Positions 58,942 through 64,000 of a stretch of DNA of 64,000 nucleotides are shown in pieces. The position numbers were made by a program, and so were the translations under genes. The stretch's first letter is position 1, and each line of letters opens with the position of its first letter. The stretch comes from Candidatus Limnocylindrales bacterium (GTDB lineage Bacteria; Chloroflexota; Limnocylindria; Limnocylindrales; CSP1-4), in assembly GCA_050014975.1 (NCBI GenBank), contig JBEKCH010000003.1:8081-72080 (forward strand), written 5' to 3'. Under the pieces are notes generated by a model. The model saw only the letters and a list, made by a program, of their open reading frames with translations. It had not been told where the DNA came from and did no database searches.

Positions 58942-59358
58942 ATGAGAGATCAGATGCCGGCGGTTTCGGCCGCCGCCAACGACCCCGCCGCGGTCTCGGC
59001 CGCCGCGTCCGCCGCCGCTCCCGACCCGACCGCGGTCTCGGCCGCCGGCGCGACCGAAGCCGAGCCCGTCTTCGACATGACCCGCCGGGCGACCGAGCTG
59101 GCCATCCTGGACGCGCTTCGATCCGTCGTCGATCCCGAGCTCGGGATGGACGTCGTGGAGCTCGCGCTTATCAAGCAGATCATCATTGGCAGTGAGTCAT
59201 CGGAGATCAAGATGGTCCTGACGACCCCGTTCTGCCCGTACGCCGGCTGGATGGTCCAGCAGATCAAGGACCAGGCGGAGTCGGTGCTGGAGCATCCGGT
59301 CAAGGTAACGTTGCTGGCCGAGCGCTGGGATCCTCGCGACGCCGGCTTGATGTGGTAG
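58942..59358 (+). CDS. Metal-sulfur cluster assembly factor (DUF59/SufT)
   Basis: VVDPELGMDVVELALI, LTTPFCP. Confidence 0.9.
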   Translation: MRDQMPAVSAAANDPAAVSAAASAAAPDPTAVSAAGATEAEPVFDMTRRATELAILDALRSVVDPELGMDVVELALIKQIIIGSESSEIKMVLTTPFCPYAGWMVQQIKDQAESVLEHPVKVTLLAERWDPRDAGLMW

Positions 59359-59383
59359 TGCGCTGGCAATTCGAGGGGAGGCC

Positions 59384-60010
59384 ATGGCCCAGAGGCGAGA
59401 ACGCAAGTCGGCGGTGGCCACGCGACGCGGCGACGACGGGACTACCGGGCTGCTCTTCGGCGGCGAACGCATTTCGAAGGACGATCCTAGAATCGAGGCC
59501 TGCGGCGCGATCGACGAGGCGATCGCAGCCCTTGGGCTCGCCCGCGCGGAGCTGTCCTTCAAGGCCCAGTATGGAACCCTGCCGCGCCTCATCGCCCGAC
59601 TGCCCGAGGTGCTCCTCCGCGTCCAGCGCGAGCTATTCGTGGCCGGCGCGGAGCTGGCCACCGCTCCGGGCGCTCGTGACCGTCAGCGCCCCGGCGAGAC
59701 GCGAGTGACCGCGGAGATGGTCGCCGGCCTGGACGAGCTGCTGGACGAAACCGAGGCCCAGGTCAGCCTGCCCAAGGAGTTCGTGGTGCCCGGAGAGACG
59801 CATCTGTCCGCGGCCCTGGAGCTCGCCCGCACGATCGTGCGCCGAGCGGAGCGGAGGGCAGTCGCGATCCGCAAGGCCGAACCGCTGCCGGGCGACCAGC
59901 TCGTGCCGTATCTCAATCGTCTGGCGGATCTGCTGTGGATCCTGGCTCGCGCCGCCGAACAGGGCGAGTCGCGCTCGGCCACGCCCTCCAGGGCGACCCA
60001 GGAGAGCTGA
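59384..60010 (+). CDS. pduO: ATP:cob(I)alamin adenosyltransferase (PduO type)
   Basis: TRRGDDGTT, GAIDE, ARTIVRRAER, YLNRLAD. Confidence 0.92.
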   Translation: MAQRRERKSAVATRRGDDGTTGLLFGGERISKDDPRIEACGAIDEAIAALGLARAELSFKAQYGTLPRLIARLPEVLLRVQRELFVAGAELATAPGARDRQRPGETRVTAEMVAGLDELLDETEAQVSLPKEFVVPGETHLSAALELARTIVRRAERRAVAIRKAEPLPGDQLVPYLNRLADLLWILARAAEQGESRSATPSRATQES

Positions 60011-60187
60011 CCCGCAGCCCCCGCCGGGATCAGCGTTTTCGAACCAAGACCTGTGCGGAATGCTCGGCACAAAGTAGCCCGCGAAGCGTAGGATCGAGTC
60101 AGCAGGGAGACCCTTCCGGGTCGCAGGCACGGGGGCGATGGGCCTTTCGGCTGCCAGCCCGAACCAAACCTCAATCGGAGGAAATCG

Positions 60188-60907
60188 GTGTACAACGACT
60201 ACTCGCCGGAGCGCCTGGGGGTTCGCCCGACGGCTCAGCTCGCCAACAGGTTCCTGATCGACGCGTTCCTGTGGATGTTCCTCGGCGTGCTGCTCAGCGG
60301 CATGGTCGCGTGGATGGTTCAGAGCAACCTGAGCCTCATCGAATCGATCGCCGACTGGCGCATTCCGCTCTTCATCGCCCAGCTCGGCCTGGGCCTGGGC
60401 ATCCAGTGGGGCATCCGCCGCATCAACGCCGGGCTGGCCCTGGCCCTCTTCTTCGTCTATGCCGGATTGATGGGCCTGACCATCGGCGTCTGGGTCTGGT
60501 ACTACGGCACGTACAGCGACAACCCGATGTCGGTCGTCCAGGCGTTCGTTTCCGCCTCCGCCGCCTTCGGTGGGGCCGCCCTCTACGGCGTCGTGACCCG
60601 GCGCTCGCTGGCCAGCATGGGCGCCTACCTCTTCATGGGCGCCTGGGGCCTCTTCTTCGCGTTCCTGATCAACGGCTTCCTGGTGCAGAGCTCCACGCTG
60701 GATCTCGTGCTGTCCGTCGTGGGCGTGGTGATCTTCACGGCGCTGGCGGCCTGGACGACCCAGCGGATCTCGCGTGGCGACTTCGCGGCCAGGACCGGCT
60801 CGATGGAGAAGGCCTCCGTCCTCGGCGCCATCCTCCTCTACATCGAGTTCATCAACATCTTCCTGATGCTTCTCCGCATCTTCGGCGGGGCCGGCGGCCG
60901 CCGCTAG
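60188..60907 (+). CDS. Bax inhibitor-1/YccA family membrane protein
   Basis: About 7 TM; AWTTQRI, GAILLYIEFINIFLMLLRIFG; GGAGG SD. Confidence 0.92.
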   Translation: MYNDYSPERLGVRPTAQLANRFLIDAFLWMFLGVLLSGMVAWMVQSNLSLIESIADWRIPLFIAQLGLGLGIQWGIRRINAGLALALFFVYAGLMGLTIGVWVWYYGTYSDNPMSVVQAFVSASAAFGGAALYGVVTRRSLASMGAYLFMGAWGLFFAFLINGFLVQSSTLDLVLSVVGVVIFTALAAWTTQRISRGDFAARTGSMEKASVLGAILLYIEFINIFLMLLRIFGGAGGRR

Positions 60908-61041
60908 CAGCTCCAGAGCCCGGCTAACCGGGCGCGGCCACGATCCGACTGCCCGACCCCGGCCCGCAAGGCCTGGGTCGCTTCCTGCGTGGCACTCCGC
61001 CCGGCGCCAAACCCGGCTGTGGGTGCATCATTCGCAGCGAA

Positions 61042-62391
61042 ATGCCCGAATCGGATCGCCGCACCGCTCCGCAGCGCGCCACACGGTCTCGCACCAGAGG
61101 GCGCGTGGTCGCGGCTCTCGCGACCGTCCTGCTCGTCGTCTCGATGGCGGCGTGCGGCAATTCCAGCCCGACCGGCTCCCTGGCTCCGACCCAGACCGCG
61201 GCCGCGGGTACGGCCACCCTCGGGCTGCCGACCGCCGCGGCCGCGACGCCGACCGCCCTCCCCACGGCACCACCGGCCTCCATCCCTGAGATCTATCCCG
61301 TCCCAACCCTTGGGCTGCCCCCTCCGGCGGGCGCCCCCGCCGCGATCCTCGACCAGACGACCGCGGCCACTCTGGACCAGACGGTCAAGAGCGTTCGAGC
61401 CCAGGGCGCCTTCCCGGGCCTGGCCGTCAGCATCGTGTTCCCGGACGGCTCGATGTGGACCGGCACGGCCGGCTCTGCCGTGCTGTCGACCCGGGCACCC
61501 GTTACGGCAAACACTCTCTTCTCCATCGGCAGCATCAGCAAGACCTTCGTGGCGGCCCTGGCTCTGCGGCTGGCCCAACAGGGCACGATCGGGCTGGGTG
61601 ACCCACTCTCCAAGTACCTGCCCACGTACCCCAATGCCAGCCACATCACGCTGCGCGAGCTGCTCGACCATACCAGCGGCATCCACGACGTCTTCACCTC
61701 GCCGGGCATGGCCGACGCGATCCTCTCGGACCCGAGCAGGATCTGGACCGTGGACCAGGTCTTGGCCGGGATCGGCAAGCCCTACTTCGCCCCGGGACAC
61801 GGTTATCAGTACTCGAACACCAACTACATCCTGCTGGGCGTTGCGATCGAGAAGGCAACGAATCAGACGATCGCCTCGCTCGTGCGCTCGGAGTTCCTCG
61901 ATCCGCTGGGCATGAAGAACACCTGGTTCCAGCCGGAGGAGAAGGTCGCCAGCACAGACTTCGCGCAGGGCTACATGGGCCCGTGGAGCAAACCGCGCGA
62001 CATATCGGCCGGCCAGGAGATGCTGCCCTTCAACTCCGAGGCGACAGTCGCCGGGGCAGCCGGCGGGTTCGTCTCGACCGCGCCCGACCTGGCGCGCTGG
62101 GCCTCCGCGCTGTACGGCGGCGGCGTGCTGGACGAGGCCGAACTGGCCTCGATGATCGACGTCTCCCCAACGCTGCCCTACACGCCCACCGCCCCGTACG
62201 GGTTCGGCTTCGAGCAGACGACGATCTCCGGGCGCGTGGCCTGGGGCCACCTAGGTCATCTCGACGGCTTCTGGTCGGCCATGTGGTACCTGCCGGACTC
62301 TAGAATCACGATCGTCATCCTCACGAACGACGAATGGACGAGCACTCAAGGAGTGGCGGCGCAGTTCGTCCGGGCTCTGCTCGGTAAGTGA
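61042..62391 (+). CDS. Serine hydrolase (beta-lactamase class C/DD-peptidase family) lipoprotein
   Basis: Lipobox MAAC; IGSISK, LLDHTSG, YSNTNY, GHLG. Confidence 0.9.
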   Translation: MPESDRRTAPQRATRSRTRGRVVAALATVLLVVSMAACGNSSPTGSLAPTQTAAAGTATLGLPTAAAATPTALPTAPPASIPEIYPVPTLGLPPPAGAPAAILDQTTAATLDQTVKSVRAQGAFPGLAVSIVFPDGSMWTGTAGSAVLSTRAPVTANTLFSIGSISKTFVAALALRLAQQGTIGLGDPLSKYLPTYPNASHITLRELLDHTSGIHDVFTSPGMADAILSDPSRIWTVDQVLAGIGKPYFAPGHGYQYSNTNYILLGVAIEKATNQTIASLVRSEFLDPLGMKNTWFQPEEKVASTDFAQGYMGPWSKPRDISAGQEMLPFNSEATVAGAAGGFVSTAPDLARWASALYGGGVLDEAELASMIDVSPTLPYTPTAPYGFGFEQTTISGRVAWGHLGHLDGFWSAMWYLPDSRITIVILTNDEWTSTQGVAAQFVRALLGK

Positions 62392-62448
62392 GGGCCCGAC
62401 TCATCGGCGACAGGGCGGCGGGGCGGCAGCCTGGCCGTGTATACATGG

Positions 62449-62476
62449 AAGAGCCCGGCGAAGCCGCCGGGCTCTT
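62449..62476. terminator. Bidirectional terminator
   Basis: AAGAGCCCGGCG-aagc-CGCCGGGCTCTT between convergent genes. Confidence 0.8.
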
Positions 62477-62505
62477 GTCTTGGGTGCAGGCCTTGCGGCC
62501 CGGAC

Positions 62506-62832
62506 CTACCCGCGACGGGCAGTGAAGCAGTCGCTGCAGTAGACCGGCTTGGCACCGCTCGGGCGGAACGGGACCTGGGCCTCACGGCCGCAGCTCGAGC
62601 ACGTAGCCGAGAACATCTCACGCGGACCGGAGGAGTAGCCACCGCGACTCCCGCCGCCCATGTGAGACCCGCCACCGAAATCGCCACGCTGGGCCTTGCG
62701 CGCGGCGCGGCACGAGGGGCAGCGGCGCGGCTCGCTGAACTGTCGCTCAGCGAAGAAGGCTTGCTCGCTCGCGCTAAAGACGAACTCCTGGTTGCAGTCC
62801 TGGCAAACCAGGGTCTTGTCCGATGCGTACAA
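62506..62832 (-). CDS. Zinc-ribbon + CxxC-x17-CxxC domain protein
   Basis: DKTLVCQDC...PRRCPSCR, CSSCG...VPFRP...VYCSDCF; AAGGAG SD before TTG 62832. Confidence 0.92.
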   Translation of the reverse strand: MYASDKTLVCQDCNQEFVFSASEQAFFAERQFSEPRRCPSCRAARKAQRGDFGGGSHMGGGSRGGYSSGPREMFSATCSSCGREAQVPFRPSGAKPVYCSDCFTARRG

Positions 62833-63235
62833 AGAACGCTCCTTGCTCATGCGGCCTCAGCGACACGTCTGTCTCGCCGAGAACCGTTGAGAGGAGCGAT
62901 CGTGGCAGCCGCGGGACCCGGGGCCTATTGGCCCGTCCGGAGGAGGGTACACGGATAGCGGTCGCTCTGTCTACTGTTTCAGTAGGTGAGGGTCTGACTC
63001 GACCGCGATACGAAGCGCAAGACGAGCCAGGTCCGGATCCCCGGTCAGGCGGCGCGGATCGCCGGTCCGACGAGCGCAGGCCACGCCGGCGATGAGCTCC
63101 GCGGCGAGCGCGGCCAGAGGGTGCGTGAGCGAGGCACGCATGAGCCAACGCAGGAATGTGCCCGCCGACCTGATGAGGTGCCGATGGCGGTCGGTGACTC
63201 CGGGTTGACTGCGGGCAGCGGCGGCTACTTCGGGG

Positions 63236-63838
63236 TCAGAGCGGCATCCCCTTCTCGAGGAACGAGAAGGCTCGATCCATCGAGGCCACGATGTCGGCCG
63301 AGCCATCCTCCAGGATGGGCACCATGGCGGCCAGCAATGCGCCCATGAGGGCCCCCGCGAAGACCCTCAGCTCGAAGTCATCCGGGGACCGGCGCAGCCG
63401 CATCGCCAGCTCGTCGGCGATCATCTGGCTCGAGCGGATCATCTCGTTGATCGCCACCTGGCGCAGCTCGGGAACGGAGAACAGGAGCCGGCCCCGGTCC
63501 ATCATCTCTTCCAGCTGGCCGGGTGTCAGCGCCCCGAAGATCTCGACCAGCGCCCTGCGCATGGCTGGGATCGGCGCCATCTCGGGTGGCTGGGATCGCC
63601 ACGCCGCCATGAGGACAGGATCGAGGGCGTCGTAGGACACGACGTCCTCCTTGGTTGGGAAATAGCGGAAGAAGGTGCTGGGCGAGACTTCCGCGGCCTC
63701 GGCGATCTGCTCGACGGTCGTGGCGTCGTAGCCCTGCTCGTGGAACAGCCGCAGCGCATGCTCCTGGATCGCGGCTCGTGTCTTGGCCTTCTTGCGCTCG
63801 CGTAACCCGGGTTTGTCGGCCGCCGGCAATTCGTTCAT
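63236..63838 (-). CDS. TetR family transcriptional regulator
   Basis: GLRERKKAKTR, TTVEQIAEAAEVSPSTFFRYFPTKED. Confidence 0.95.
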   Translation of the reverse strand: MNELPAADKPGLRERKKAKTRAAIQEHALRLFHEQGYDATTVEQIAEAAEVSPSTFFRYFPTKEDVVSYDALDPVLMAAWRSQPPEMAPIPAMRRALVEIFGALTPGQLEEMMDRGRLLFSVPELRQVAINEMIRSSQMIADELAMRLRRSPDDFELRVFAGALMGALLAAMVPILEDGSADIVASMDRAFSFLEKGMPL

Positions 63839-63912
63839 GGCTCCATTCTCGCGCCTAAGCGGCCCGGCGGCCAGTCGAAAGCTCACGATGCCGTGGCGGC
63901 GCAGGGGCCGAT

Positions 63913-64000
63913 CTACTCTCTGCCGTGAGCCAGGAGCGCGCGCAGGTCCCGAAGCGTGCTGGCAAGCCTGTCCATCTCGGCTTCTTCCAGTCCCGAAAGG
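63913..64000 (-). CDS. C-terminal fragment of a probable MarR-like regulator (truncated by window edge)
   Basis: LSGLEEAEMDRLASTLRDLRALLAHGRE*; upstream of tetR on the same strand. Confidence 0.45.
   Translation of the reverse strand, partial: LSGLEEAEMDRLASTLRDLRALLAHGRE

Noticed and set aside
63020-63070. SRP RNA (CAGGTCCGGA)
   Set aside because: Lacks the following AGGAAGCAGC of domain IV and the long closing helix

Overview
A 64-kb chromosomal window of a high-GC bacterium (about 70% by eye). Gene content and style suggest Chloroflexota or an Actinobacteria-like lineage; this is inference. It is mostly housekeeping: two divergent O-acetylhomoserine sulfhydrylases plus metX, a TPP-riboswitch thiN/ECF operon, split pntAA-pntAB-pntB, an ATP-dependent DNA ligase, kamA, a two-component system with an ABC exporter, and PduO, SufT and YccA-type genes. 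I saw no transposase, integrase, phage gene, rRNA or CRISPR array. The interesting signal lies in RNA elements and small ORFs the ORF track misses. (1) A fluoride (crcB-type) riboswitch with its terminator sits before a MoxR-DUF58-DUF4129 operon rather than a fluoride exporter. (2) A complete tRNA has the anticodon UAU (Ile, AUA-reading), which is rare in bacteria. (3) A candidate Met-codon leader-peptide attenuator precedes metY-metX. (4) An orphan, roughly 80-nt rod-shaped RNA has its own sigma70 promoter, and several hairpin RNAs carry C-rich loops. (5) A 31-aa hydrophobic peptide converges on a STAND-TPR-LuxR regulator. (6) Leaderless gene starts are pervasive. All structures were paired by eye and no database search was run.
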